The position numbers were made by a program, and so were the translations under genes. DNA of 64,000 nt from Octopus vulgaris (taxonomy: Eukaryota). This document shows, in pieces, positions 52,116 through 64,000 of this stretch (its first letter is position 1; each line of letters opens with the position of its first letter). The stretch covers positions 19,282,001 through 19,346,000 of the forward strand of contig OX597830.1 in assembly GCA_951406725.2 (NCBI GenBank), read 5' to 3'. The notes beneath the pieces were generated by a model. The model saw only the letters and a list, made by a program, of their open reading frames with translations, had not been told where the DNA came from and ran no database searches.

Positions 52116-52359
52116 TTATTGGGTTGGTGCAGAATTATTGCGGCTTTTTTTGCTACAAATTTTATTCAATAAAAACAAAACCAATATTTGACAAAAATGT
52201 CTTTAAATGACGGTCTGACCATCTGCCAAGCAGTAATTGAAGTAGATGACGAATATGCTCTGGAATAATCATTTAAAAATGTTTTTGTTACATATTGTTA
52301 TTGTTTTTGCTGAAAAAAATTTGTTGAAAAAAGCCACAAAAATTATGCACCTACCTAAT
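52116..52359. mobile_element. mariner-like MITE
   Basis: gggttggtgcagaattattgcggctttttt ... aaaaaagccacaaaaattatgcacctacctaa. Confidence 0.65.
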
Positions 52360-52747
52360 AGTATTAATACTGATTACATATCACAATAAGATGTTTTCAT
52401 TATACTATTATACTAAATGAATAAATGTATAAACACTTTCATTTCATTTATTTATGGATGATAATTATAATAATGATAACAATTACAATAGATAATTAGT
52501 TTTATTTCACTTAATAAATAAATTAATAACCCAAATAATTATTATAGTATTGTATAGTTTATACCTTATATTCTTATTACAACAATATTATTTTGTTAAT
52601 TCTCAAAGAATTATATAATTTGTATATATACTATTTATAGTCACTTAATTCAAAAATAACAATATTAGTTATTTTTATTGTGAGAAATCCTTAATACTTG
52701 TTTTGTTATGTTACTTAAATTACTTATCTACAAAGTTCTCCCTTCCG

Positions 52748-52798
<51 letters not shown>

Positions 52799-52799
<1 letters not shown>

Positions 52800-53352
52800 T
52801 GGGCTGTCTGGAAAGTTTGTGCCGATTTTTAAAGGAAAGAAAAAGGTCAATAAATACTTGCCATTACATTTTTAATCAATTAAATACGAACGATTTTGTT
52901 ACACAATGCATCTCCATCTTTCCTTTAACTTGAAACTACCCTCTTCCAAGAATTCAGGGGGTTTCATGGCAAAGAATTCATCAAGGTATCTTTTTACGTC
53001 ATCCAAGGAATTGAAATTTTTACTATTAAGACTATTCTTCAGAGACCTGAATAAGTGGAAATCTGGAGGAGCAATATCTGGTGAATATGGAGGGTGGGGT
53101 AACACATCCCAGCTGAGCTGCAGCAATTTTTGCCTGGCTCCCAAAGCATCAAGTGCCGAAAATGAACTTCCTTATCTTCCATTTTAAAGGGTTACAGAAT
53201 TAACACAGGTTATTGGAACATAAACCTTCTTCCACGAAAAGCTAGCTTAAACTGTGCTTTAAATGGAGGTGTAGTCAAATCCTATTTTATGGACTCAACC
53301 ATGTTCTAAAATAAGTCGAAAGGTAAGCTTCTATAAATCGGCACGAACCCAA
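52799..53352 (-). mobile_element. Internally deleted mariner element
   Basis: TA-flanked TIRs (ttgggctgtctggaaagtttgtgccgat and a partly deleted right copy). N-terminus MEDKEVHFRHLML at 53182 is fused to HPPYSPDIAPPDFHLF. A matching end fragment lies at 29070-29153. Confidence 0.9.
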
Positions 53353-53435
53353 TATATATATAAACGTTTGTGATATTGTATGTTGTTGTTACTGTATTTA
53401 CTGTTACAATAAATATCTCATCTTGTAATCTTTAG

Positions 53436-53532
53436 ACTGACTTATGCTGCAGCCAGGGAAGGTCATCTCCCACAGGTTCTCTCCTATCTTCACATCAGGA
53501 CGAAAACTCCAGTTATCTCCCTTATATTCTCA
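53436..53532 (+). CDS. SLC7A9: SLC7A9-like coding exon 9 (LTYAAAREGHLPQVLSYLHIRTKTPVISLIFS)
   Basis: ctttag acceptor, gtaagt donor, 97 nt. AREGHLP...TP motif. Confidence 0.95.
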
Positions 53533-54074
53533 GTAAGTCAAGCATATGATACCTCTGTATTCTTATATGTTCTTTTTATTGTGTTGTTAAATTATGTGTG
53601 TATATACATGTGCGTGTATGTGTGTGTACAATTATATATATATATATATAGCGAGTGAGAGAGAGGAGTGAAAATAAATTTCTGAGCGCTGGAAGGCTGA
53701 GAACACAGCTTAGAAAATCAGGTAAATGCCCTTAGAAGTGACCAGCACGGCTCCACTTGGTAATTGCTGCCTTGTAAAAGTGTTGATCCAATTTTCTAAG
53801 CTGTTTTCACAATCTTCCTGCATTCACAAATTCCTTTATATTCTATAGAATATCAACACACTTGGGGCTTATAAGTTTGTTTACAATGTATGTGTGTATG
53901 TATGCATGCGTATAGTAAAGCTTTAACATGTAGAAAAACACTTGATCAGTGAAGTGATTAAAGATAATCTTTAAAAAAATATCCCCACAAATCTTGTAAT
54001 TACAGCTACCCAGGGCGAAATAATAATTTATCAATAATGAGACCTATTGAGTCAAGTACGTCAACATCTGCATC

Positions 54075-54429
54075 AAAATAAAAATCAAAAGGAAATTGTA
54101 GTTATGATACCCGTGTCGGTGGAACGCAAATAGCACCATGCGAACGTGGCTGATGCCAGCGCTGCCTGACAGGTGTCCATGTCAGTGATACATAAAAAGC
54201 ACCAACCGATCGTAGCTGTTTGCCAGCCTACCCTGGCCCCTGTGCCAGTGGCACATAAAAAGCACCCACTACACTCACGGAGTGGTTGGCATTAGGAAGG
54301 GCATCCAGCAGTAGAAACACTGCCAGATCAGACTAGAGCCTGGCGCAGCCTCCTGGCTTCCCAGACCCCAGTCGAACTGTCCAACCCATGCTAGCATGGA
54401 AAACCAACGTTAAACTATGATGATGATGA
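54075..54429 (+). mobile_element. SINE/LINE-tail repeat family F with (GAT)n tail
   Basis: Shared body ggaagggcatccagc...ccaacccatgctagcatggaaa. Copies at 3611-3750(+), 34232-34560(-), 42345-42552(-), 60341-60572(-). Confidence 0.8.
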
Positions 54430-54550
54430 ATTCATTCCACTACTTATTAATATGAAAACAAGACCGTTTGTCAGTTTGAGTAAAAAACAATTAAACGAGA
54501 GACAATTGAAAAGAAGACAAGAAAGAAAGCCCCAAGAAAGATAACCAATG

Positions 54551-54895
54551 TTACACTAATTCAATGTCAAACAGACGTAAACCAGTTGTCAATAGTTTAC
54601 TATGTGTCCGGTGGACTACCTTTAAATTCCGACAAGATGTGTCCTGAAATACGGGCATACCAGAAAAATCTCGTTCCTTGAACTTATGTATTTGGTTGGA
54701 AGTTTTCAAGCTTTTTAATAGATTCAATTTTTCAATAGAACACACAGAAGGTTTTTTAGACCCTGTTAATATAGGGTTTGGATTTGTATCGAAATTGGTC
54801 CTTTCGTCTTTAAGTTTCCAGATTAAAATCGAAAGGGTTATTGAATCCCTCTTATCACGGTATATAAAGTTTGAAAGATAAATGTAGGTAGAAGG
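54551..54895 (-). mobile_element. Degenerate PLE GIY-YIG endonuclease C-terminal fragment
   Basis: Translation RDKRDSITLSILIWKLKDE...CSIEKL resembles the TxLSxxIWxLK...CxxEK pattern of PLE endonucleases. Confidence 0.6.
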
Positions 54896-55739
54896 TCCTT
54901 GCACTTAGTAGATATCCACTTTCCTAGCACCCTTTTAAAGCCTAGCCGGGCTCATGGGCCTGGTTTCAATGGCGTATGTGTTCTCCAGTTGGACGGGACA
55001 CCATTCCATCGCAGCGTTACTCATTTTTGCCAGCTGAGTGGACTGGAGCAACATGAAATGAAGTGTTTTGCTCAAGTACACAATGCGTCGCCCGGTCCAG
55101 GAATCGAAACCACAATCTTACGATCAAGATGCTTGACACTCTAACCACTAGAACCCATAGACACAGTAAAATCTTTAACAGACACACAATAAAAGTTTCT
55201 TTTTATGTCCTGTTAATGCCAAGTCGTATATCAATAAGTAACAGATGACTCAAACCTGCCCTGGATGCACATGTAAAGACAAATCTCAATTACCTCTTGG
55301 ACAGGACTGTGATACATCTTCTGTTGTTTACGAAGTTTGGCTTGTTATATGTCTCCACTGTCCGGCTTTTGTTACCAACTCTGACCCTCCACAAATCCCA
55401 AATTTTATTTTGGTTCATGGGAGCAACTGCCTTTCGAAGCCTCATATTGTTGTTAATTGCTCGAAATGAGGAGTTGATGGACAGCCGACAACTGATGAAG
55501 GGTCTTTCTTCAAGTTACTTGCCTTGTTTTCCATTTGTTCCTCTCGTTGTTTACATAGCCAAGTTCGTCTGCGTATTTCATGTTGTTTACGTTTTGTGAC
55601 GTCCTATACCCATACACACACACACACACACACACACATATATGTACGTATATGTATGCATATATGCATGTGTGTGTGTATATATATATTTCAAGAGTAG
55701 TGTTCACAAATTTCAGGAAGCATGGAATTTTTGAAGGAT

Positions 55740-56350
55740 GGATTGTCCTGACCGAGAACACCGGAGGTCTCAACTATCACAGGCTCAATCATAAACCTGA
55801 CGGAGAGTGACCTATACTTTGACGGTTTGTTTTTCTTAGCTTGACGAATAACAGAGCCTGGGCTGGTAGCTGACAACACAGGGGAAGGTATCACAGCTTG
55901 TGCCATCCCAGATGAGGGACCTACCAACACGAAACGGGAAAATTGTCATACCATCCAGCCTTTTACCATCCCCTCAGTCTTGCCCTGCAGATTCGAGCTG
56001 GAAAGGGAAGCCTGTGGCATTTAGGCCCTGATTTATGATCTTGTTAAGGGTGGCATAGAAAGTGGTCAGCACTATGACGGCAGGACAGTGGAGTGAGGCT
56101 GAAAGAATCCACTGTGGATCCGAAGTAGCATCCATGAGGCTCTCAGATCTGGAGACCAAGCCTCAAGGAAATGCCAATGCACTGGTAGTCACTATCAAGC
56201 TGAGTGCCAGTTGCAAGTGATGGCACCGCATTGAGCCAAGCTCTGCTGTGAGGCTTGAAAGCTGAATGGAAGTAAGCTGGATGGTTCTGGTCAGGTCTTG
56301 AATAAACCATTGCACCTTATATATACACAGGTATGGCGATGGAATCAAGG
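55740..56350 (-). mobile_element. CRE-clade (restriction-like endonuclease) non-LTR retrotransposon C-terminal fragment
   Basis: Reads AWLNAVPS..GTQLD...ISLRLG, a degenerate CCHC region, [12 protein letters not shown]...LIWD, and KY...EPVIVETSG; frameshifted. Confidence 0.8.
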
Positions 56351-56815
56351 AAAATAGAACTCAAAATATGGGTATATGTGTATTTTTATTAATATTTAGC
56401 AGAAGCAGCAGAGTGACTCAAGTGCCGAAAGTTTTGTGGCTGATAAGTGCCAACACATGAAATTCTTGGTCCCTGAGTCATTCTGTTCCCTCTGCTAAAT
56501 ATCAATATATATAAGTAATGATTTACCATTCAGGTACACACCTTGTAGTGTGTTGTTCAAAGCCTCAAAGCCCCTTCACAGTTCCTTGTATAAATGTGCA
56601 GCACACGACAACTTCTAAAATGGATTGATATGTAAATAAGTGAAACAGCAAATAAAGAATTATATACCTTGTGACAAGTTATATGAGGTGACACATATGT
56701 ACCTATGATGCACCACAACTGTTTGCACGGGATCTCACCTGTGAGGTACCAGTGCACGGAGTGAGTAGACAAACGTAAGAAAGGCACCCACCATGGCAAG
56801 GGACGACTATCAGAA

Positions 56816-56869
<54 letters not shown>

Positions 56870-57594
56870 GGAAAGTTTACGAAAATAAACAAAAGACGAA
56901 GGCAGGTGGAGTACAAACAAACAAATGTATTAGTATAGCGCTCAGGAATAGAAATAGAAAAGTCTTATGTATGTATAAAGAAGTGTCATGGGTGGTCATA
57001 GAGGCGATACATCAGAGTCACCTATGCTGCTAAGCACTTTATAGGTACGAAATAATGGTCACTTTATGACCAGCCCCGTAACATTTAACTTCTTACAAAA
57101 TATATTTCTGCTATAATGCTTTAGAATGTGCTTCATTTTCAGATATATGAACGACTGATTATATAAATAGGGAGAGAGAGAATGTGTATGTGTGTAACAT
57201 ATGATGTACATACTGTACACTTTTTGCTCCCCAAACATGCAAATCTATCAAAATTGCAAGCGTTTAGTGAATTTTCTTACCCTGTTTTATTGAATGATTG
57301 TATTTCATGTTTTAGTTCTGTTTGCTGAAATTTGTGATGCCATATCCAGGCCCTTGTTTTGGAACCAATGAGGGAGCCTCATGTCTCCTCCAAATCTCAA
57401 ATCTCTCTCTAATGACCTTTAAATAAAATCTGTATCAGAAAAAAATATATTAACTGGTAAAAGAAATAAAAGAAACAAAATTGAACAGCTTCGTCATGGA
57501 TGGAGCTCCTTTGTTTCCATGTCTGTTCCAAACAATTATAACATCCCATTGTACAAGAACTGTCCTAATACTGAATTCTTTGCTTTATCTGCAG

Positions 57595-57744
57595 GCAATA
57601 ATTGCTTTGATCATGATAATACCAGGAGAAATATCTTCACTAATTGATTTCTTCAGTTTTACTGCCTGGCTTTTCTATGGACTGGCTTTCTTATCGCTTA
57701 TAGTAATGAGGTTTACAAAGAAAGATGAGCCCAGACCTTTCAAG
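57595..57744 (+). CDS. SLC7A9: SLC7A9-like coding exon 10 ([30 protein letters not shown]...RPFK)
   Basis: ctgcag acceptor, gtaagt donor, 150 nt. Confidence 0.95.
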
Positions 57745-58317
57745 GTAAGTAGACAATCACACACACACACACACACACATACACGCACATGCAGACGTGG
57801 ATATATTTCTTGTTACCAATCCTCACCTGTTTTTAAAGCAAGATAATATTTCCCTATGGGCAGATATATTTCCACGGAACATTAGGAATAAATAACACTG
57901 CTTGGATGACAGGGATGCTCATTTACAAATATCATGTTATCGAGACGAAGAGACACACACACACATGCATATGAAATCGATGAGAGTATTTACATACATT
58001 GGTGCAGTGAGTAAAGCCAGAATAACAAAAGAGTACTTCTGTAGACTATGGGAAATATGAAACTCAGAGCTGTCTGCATTTAACAAAACCATATCTCATA
58101 ATGCTTTTGTAGTACCAGTGCTAGTGCCAATATGTATATATATATTAGGTTTGGAGATGATGTACAGGTATTTTATATTAGAAGAAATGAGGTACTCAGA
58201 AATTCGAATGGTTTTATATTTACAGATATTTATTTGTATATTACATGTTTTTATACATCATATAACTTATATCATATATTAGCGCTTTCTCCCATTCTAG
58301 TGGGGTTTTAAAATCGA

Positions 58318-58349
<32 letters not shown>

Positions 58350-58607
58350 TCACACACATACCCACATACCCACGAATGAGTAGATAACTGAAAGAAAGGC
58401 ACTCAACACATTTACTGGAAGTTATGAGGCTGGTTGCAGCAAGCTGCTGGTGTCTATCAACCTTTGTCATGCCTGTCCGCCAGACGTTTCCCCCTTATGT
58501 GAGATGAAGTGATGGTGGCAGAGGCAGAAGGTCAGTGAAAACAGCCTTTGAATGTCGCATTGCATCATTTAGACAATACCTGCTGATCAGTAAAGAAGGA
58601 ACTGAGC

Positions 58608-58950
58608 ACATACATACAAATATATACATACATACAAATATATACATACATACAAATATATACATACATACAAATATATACATACAAATATATACATACA
58701 TACAAATATATACATACATACAGATATAAACATACATACAAATATATACATACATACAAATATATACATACATACAAATATATACATACATACAAATATA
58801 TACATACATACAGATATAAACATACATACAAATATATACATACATACAAATATATACATACATACAAATATAAACATACATACAGATATAAACATACATA
58901 CAAATATATACATACATACAAATATATACATACATACAAATATATGCATA
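58608..58950. repeat. 18-bp minisatellite (CATACATACAAATATATA)n with variant units
   Basis: Visible tandem array. Confidence 0.95.
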
Positions 58951-59167
58951 CATGGCGAGCTTCTTTCAGTCTCTGATTGAACTTGGTAAAACTCACAAGG
59001 ATTTGGTCATCCTGGATTGGCAGTAGAAGATACGTTCCTTGAATGCCATGCAGTGGGATTGAACCTGAAACCACGTTTGTTGAGAAGTTTCTTAACCAGA
59101 CAGCCACATCTGTGCCTCTTGGTTACAAAGCAAACTCCTTAATCGTTAAATCATGTTGTGTCCCTGT

Positions 59168-59491
59168 GAAGGAACGTGGTTTAGTGGTTAGCGTATTTGG
59201 CTCACAATCGTAAGGTTGTAAGTTCGATTCCCGGCAGTGCTATGTGTCCTTGAGCAAAACCCTTTATTTCACATTGCTCCAGTTCACTCAGCTGGCAAGA
59301 AATAAGTAATACCTGTATTTCAAAGGGGCCAACCTTGTCATATTCTTTGTCATGCTGAATCTCTCTGAGAACTATGTTAAGGGTACGCATGTCTGTGGAG
59401 TACTCATCCACTTGCACGTGCAATTTCATGTGCAGCCTCTTCCATTGATTGGATCAACTGGAACACTCACCATCATAACCGATGGAGCAAC
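59168..59491 (+). mobile_element. tRNA-derived SINE family E; related copy at 26003-26320
   Basis: tggtttagtgg / gttcgattcc boxes, ccttgagcaa core-like segment, shared body. Confidence 0.75.
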
Positions 59492-60083
59492 GGTAAGCAA
59501 GCTGTGTCCCTGCGTGTCGTTGCTTTTCTGTTTATAGATTGCATTTTCAGAACACATGTTAGACATCTTTATATTTAATTTTTTCTGAAATGGATTTTGT
59601 TATTAGACGTGGCCATACTGGGGCATTGCCTTGAAGAATTTTTAGTCCAATGTATTGATCTTAGAACTTGTTTTGCTTTCGAAACCTGATACTTATTCTA
59701 TGAATCTCTTTTTCTAAACTGATAACTTATGGGAATGGAAGCACGAACACCAGTTGTCAAGCAGTGGTGGAGGGGAGGGGCAAACAGAGACACGAAGATA
59801 TACACTTGACAACCAGTGTTGGTGTGCTTACATCCATGTAACATTGGCAAAATTGACTGATAGAATAAGGCCCAGGCTTAAGAAAATAAGCACAGGGGTT
59901 GAGTCATTGAACTAAAGTTCTCTCAGGCAGTGCCCCATCATGGCCACAGCCTAATGATTAAGACAAATACACGATAAAAGATAAAACATTACAATTCTCA
60001 TCAAATTTTTTAGCTGCTAATCCCTTTTGTTTTCAATGAAACCGAGATTAATTTTTAAAATTTCTCCTTTATCTTCTTTTAAG

Positions 60084-60252
60084 GTTTTCATCCTTGTACC
60101 AATTGTAATGCTCATCATCTCCGTATATCTGGTGGTAGCACCAATTGTACAAAATCCCGATTTGGGTTTCCTCTACGCCTTCCTTTTAATCATCGGAGGA
60201 CTTATCTTCTATTTCATTTTTGTCCACTTCAAAGTCCAGTTGCCATGCATGG
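60084..60252 (+). CDS. SLC7A9: SLC7A9-like coding exon 11 (VFILVPIVMLIISVYLVVAPIVQNP...GLIFYFIFVHFKVQLPCM)
   Basis: tttaag acceptor, gtaagt donor, 169 nt. TM11-TM12. Confidence 0.94.
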
Positions 60253-61049
60253 GTAAGTGTGCCTTTTTTTTTACCTATCTTTTCTCATTCTTTTTCTTGT
60301 TTCTGTCATTTGGCTGTGGCCATTTTGGGGCACCACCTTTGACTGAGGCCTGGCAAACCAGATGGCTGCACCAGACTCCAATCTGATCTGGCAGAGTTTC
60401 TACAGCTGAATGTCCTTCCTAGCGCCAACCACTCTGAGAGTGTAGTGGTTGCTTTTACGTGCCACCGCCATGAGGGCCAGTCAGGCGGTACTGGCAACGG
60501 CCACGCTCAAATGGTGCTTCTTATGTGCCACCTGCACAGGAGCCAGTCCAGTGGCACTGGCAACGACCTTGCTTAAGTATAATACATAGATGGCTATTTT
60601 TACTAAATACTGCCTCAATTATATATACCGGTTTTTTAATCACCGTGAGATCTTAGAATGCTGAACCTTACAAAGGAGGTGACAGAGGACTGGGATATGT
60701 GGTGCATTACTATACTCGAGAAGATACACCCACCACAACATAAATGAGATACTAAAACCAAGGTGTCAGCATTGGTGTGGATGCTGGTGACACGTAAAAA
60801 ACACCCTATACACTCTGTGTTAGTAGGCTTACAAAGAATAAGCTCTGGGGTCGATTTGCTCGACTATAAAGGCGGTACTCCGGCATGGCCGCAGTCAGCT
60901 GACTGAAACAAGTAAAAGTGTAAAGAGAGTATTACTTAATCTGTGTGTGTGTGTGCGTGTGAGTGTGCGTGTGCGTGTGTGTGTGTGTGTAATATATATA
61001 CAAGTGTACATCTATACTCATCCTATGTACTTATTTTTCTATATTTCAG

Positions 61050-61138
61050 AAGCCTTTACTGAATTTATTCAAAAGTTTGCGTGTGTTGCTCCATCAAAAT
61101 ATAAGCCACCTGACCATTCCAAAGACAACAAGCTTTAA
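61050..61138 (+). CDS. SLC7A9: SLC7A9-like last coding exon (EAFTEFIQKFACVAPSKYKPPDHSKDNKL*)
   Basis: atttcag acceptor. The phase-1 join restores frame to TAA at 61136-61138. Total CDS 1428 nt = 475 aa plus stop. Confidence 0.9.
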
Positions 61139-61303
61139 GCATCAAAATTTGTAAAAACAAATATTCTGCCATTTGGAATTAAATTTTAATTCCATGAAAG
61201 TTTCAGGAAGAAAAAAAAAGAAAAAAGAAAAAGCAAATACTCAACAATATGAAAATGAAATGAATTTCTCTGGATAACTCTGTGTGTGTGTGTGTGTGTG
61301 TGT

Positions 61304-61369
<66 letters not shown>

Positions 61370-62652
61370 GTGTTTGTGTGTGTGTGCGTGTGTTTAATCT
61401 TTTTACTGGAATTTTCTTGGAGATATTATATACTGAACCAAATCTCAACGTTGGACTCTTTAGCCTGAATGTAAAATGTTGAGCAGCTATGGTTTATTTT
61501 CAACTGAAAAGTGGAGGGAAAAAAATGAGGCAAAAAAGCCTAAACATAACGATATACTTGTTCTGCAGTAAAATTGAATGAACAATATTTTTCAGTGAAA
61601 GAATCTTCTGAACAACTTGAAACATGGCATAATTTCATTAACTAATATTAACACTTCACCCTATCATCTATACTCATACATTTTTCCTTGCTCTGATATC
61701 AACTCACTGGGATTTCATTCTCAGCACATGAACTTACAATTGTACGAATGATAAGAGCATTCATATTGAGTTCACTGGTCATTGAGGGCTTGCAAAGCTT
61801 ATAAAGGCAAACACTTTCTTCTGACAAAAACAGTGAAAAGAAAAACAAACTTATTTTGCTCATAAAAAAAAAGGAAAGACACCAGATCAAATCTTCACCA
61901 ATTCTTTTCTTACCATATTTCTATTGAAATATATTGTCTTTGGTTTGGTTATTTTTGAAAATATTGAAAACTTTTAACTAAAATAACTTTTTTCATTTTG
62001 TTGTATCTTGGGAGAGTGGTTATGCCAATCATAATAACACATGCACTGGGTCAATTCCACTTCTTTCTTGTTAGTCATTTTGTTGAATATGTAACCATCT
62101 AACTAATCAAGCTTTTGTTTAATGTGCTCGTCAAACAATTGATTGGCTGTTTGTTAGTCAAAGTTCTTTCATTGGTGGTCTCCACCTTTTCAGTGACTTG
62201 GTGATTTCCTCTCTCACTCTGAGGTCTGTAAGGTCTGCCCTTGTTATTATCATTGCTATTATTATTGGTGTAACCACTCTCCCAACACACAACAAAGTTT
62301 GTTTCAACACACAAATTCACATCAAGAATCTTGCAAAACAAATACAACTTCGTCATTATTGTTTTGGTTGAAGCAAAAGCTAACATGGAATCTTGATGGA
62401 AGATTTCAATTTAGTTCACTTTAGTACAGAAAGATTGTGTCATAAAATCAGGGGTGATCTCAGATATGTCGTTATCCAAAGGATTAATTTAATTAAAACC
62501 TTAATTTTTTTTAAATTGAAAAAAAAATGTTTTTAAAATTTTTAAATATTATTATTATTATTATTATTACTAGTATTGTTGTTATACATACATACATACA
62601 AGCATACGTAATAATAATAATAATGATAATAATAATAATAATAATAATAATA

Positions 62653-63046
62653 AGTGGATGTAAACACATGAACAAAATAAGAATAAACAAAAGCAAATTA
62701 CACAAACTTATATAAACAGAAGATACAAATATTACTGGCATTCCCCCCCACACACACACACCAACTAAACATAGACGCACATAGAGATATACGCATGCGC
62801 AAATGAAGACACATACAATAGAAATACAAAATGGCTGACGGTTAGTAAGGAGAGACACACAAATATGAAAGAAGAAAGCAAAGGACCACTGATGCTGTCA
62901 CAGGAGTGTGACGAAAGAACTCTGGCCGAAATAAGATTAAGTTTAATGTAAAAAATAAATAACACTGAAGCAAAGTAACACCAAATATATAGTGCGTGTG
63001 TTTTTATTGGCTAAACTGGCAAAATAACCATTCCGAAATACAACAG
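62653..63046 (+). mobile_element. Solo copy of the same PLE terminal repeat
   Basis: High similarity to 20372-20753. Confidence 0.85.
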
Positions 63047-64000
63047 TAACTTCATTATAAAGTTGAGCAAAAAAATGCTTGATGAACGAAATTAAATATT
63101 GATTGATTTTTAAAATCCAAATTGTGACCTACCCTCATTGAAGAACTTATCAAACATAGATTTGTTGATGGTTTTAAGTGATGAAAGCGATGCAGTAACT
63201 ACTTAAAATAAAATGTCTTTCTGGATTATTTTTTTTTCCTGCTACTTTCCAGTAAAAGAAAAACGAATCCTGCAAGGAATACACTAAACGTCATTTACTA
63301 ACATGTCTAATATGACCGGATTAAAAGGAAAAATTATTTTATGAATACACATACATCAAATATCTGATAAATGCTATGTCTAACTAATTAGTGTTTTTAC
63401 CCGAAAAAGAGTTTTCACTTTTTGGACAAACATCTTTTAAAAAAACAATCTTTACAAAAAAAAAGCAAAAAGAGAAAATTCTTCAATTATTGATTTTTAA
63501 AATTATCAGTGCAATTTTTGTCTTTTGGAGTCTAAAAGGCATTTCATAAACAATATTCTGCAAGTGGGAAATGTGACATTTCCATACATGCCATCTCTGA
63601 AGAGCACAAGTATTAGATAACCATTCAGTCTACTAATATCCAGTGCAAAATTAATTGATGAAATCGGCTGTAAGGGATCTATAATACTGAATACTTTGAT
63701 TAATATATAATTGTTGATACGTTGTAAGCTTCTCACAGAGTGTTATGTTGTTGTTCCTTTATCATGCAATAAATACACGATTACAATAACTAACACAAAT
63801 CTAAACAACAACAACAAACATATTTTTTTGTAATAAATCATTATATTAAGGCGGTGAGCTTGCAGAAACGTTAGCATGCCGGACGAAATGCTTAGCAGTA
63901 TTTCATCTGTCTTTATGTTCTGAGTTCAAATTCTGCCAAGGTCGACTTTGCCTTTCATCCTTTTGGGGTCAATAAATTAAGTACCAGCTGCGTACTGAGG

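Noticed and set aside
55492-55530. Isolated CTGATGA (also 4536, 27633, 47892) as hammerhead cores
   Set aside because: No properly spaced stem II plus GAAA downstream.
58608-58950. Regular array resembling CRISPR or a repeat protein
   Set aside because: No unique spacers; a microsatellite-derived minisatellite in a eukaryotic intron.
61127-61138. C-terminal NKL as a peroxisomal or PDZ signal
   Set aside because: PTS1 does not apply to a polytopic membrane transporter, and there is no S/T at position -2.
61178-61183. ATTAAA as the polyadenylation signal
   Set aside because: Common by chance in AT-rich sequence; cannot be supported without transcript data.

Overview
AT-rich, microsatellite- and transposon-dense animal genomic DNA. 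The tRNA-derived SINE families, abundant (TA)n and intron sizes suggest a cephalopod (Octopus-like) genome; this is inference from recalled repeat families, not a database hit. One complete protein-coding gene is supported: a 12-coding-exon SLC7A9-like (b0,+AT) amino acid transporter light chain on the + strand (ATG 23213, TAA 61138, 1428 nt, 475 aa, all GT-AG introns, frame intact). The rest is repeats: several SINE families, RTE/CR1/CRE LINE fragments, Penelope-like element (PLE) pieces, and Tc1/mariner, piggyBac, hAT, Merlin-like and Helitron relics. The most notable signal is a set of type I hammerhead-ribozyme-like motifs (CUGANGA...GAAA...UH) from about five repeat families. Several sit inside fold-back inverted repeats, and some are sense-oriented in the transporter introns. 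Most ORF-track entries are microsatellite or SINE artefacts.
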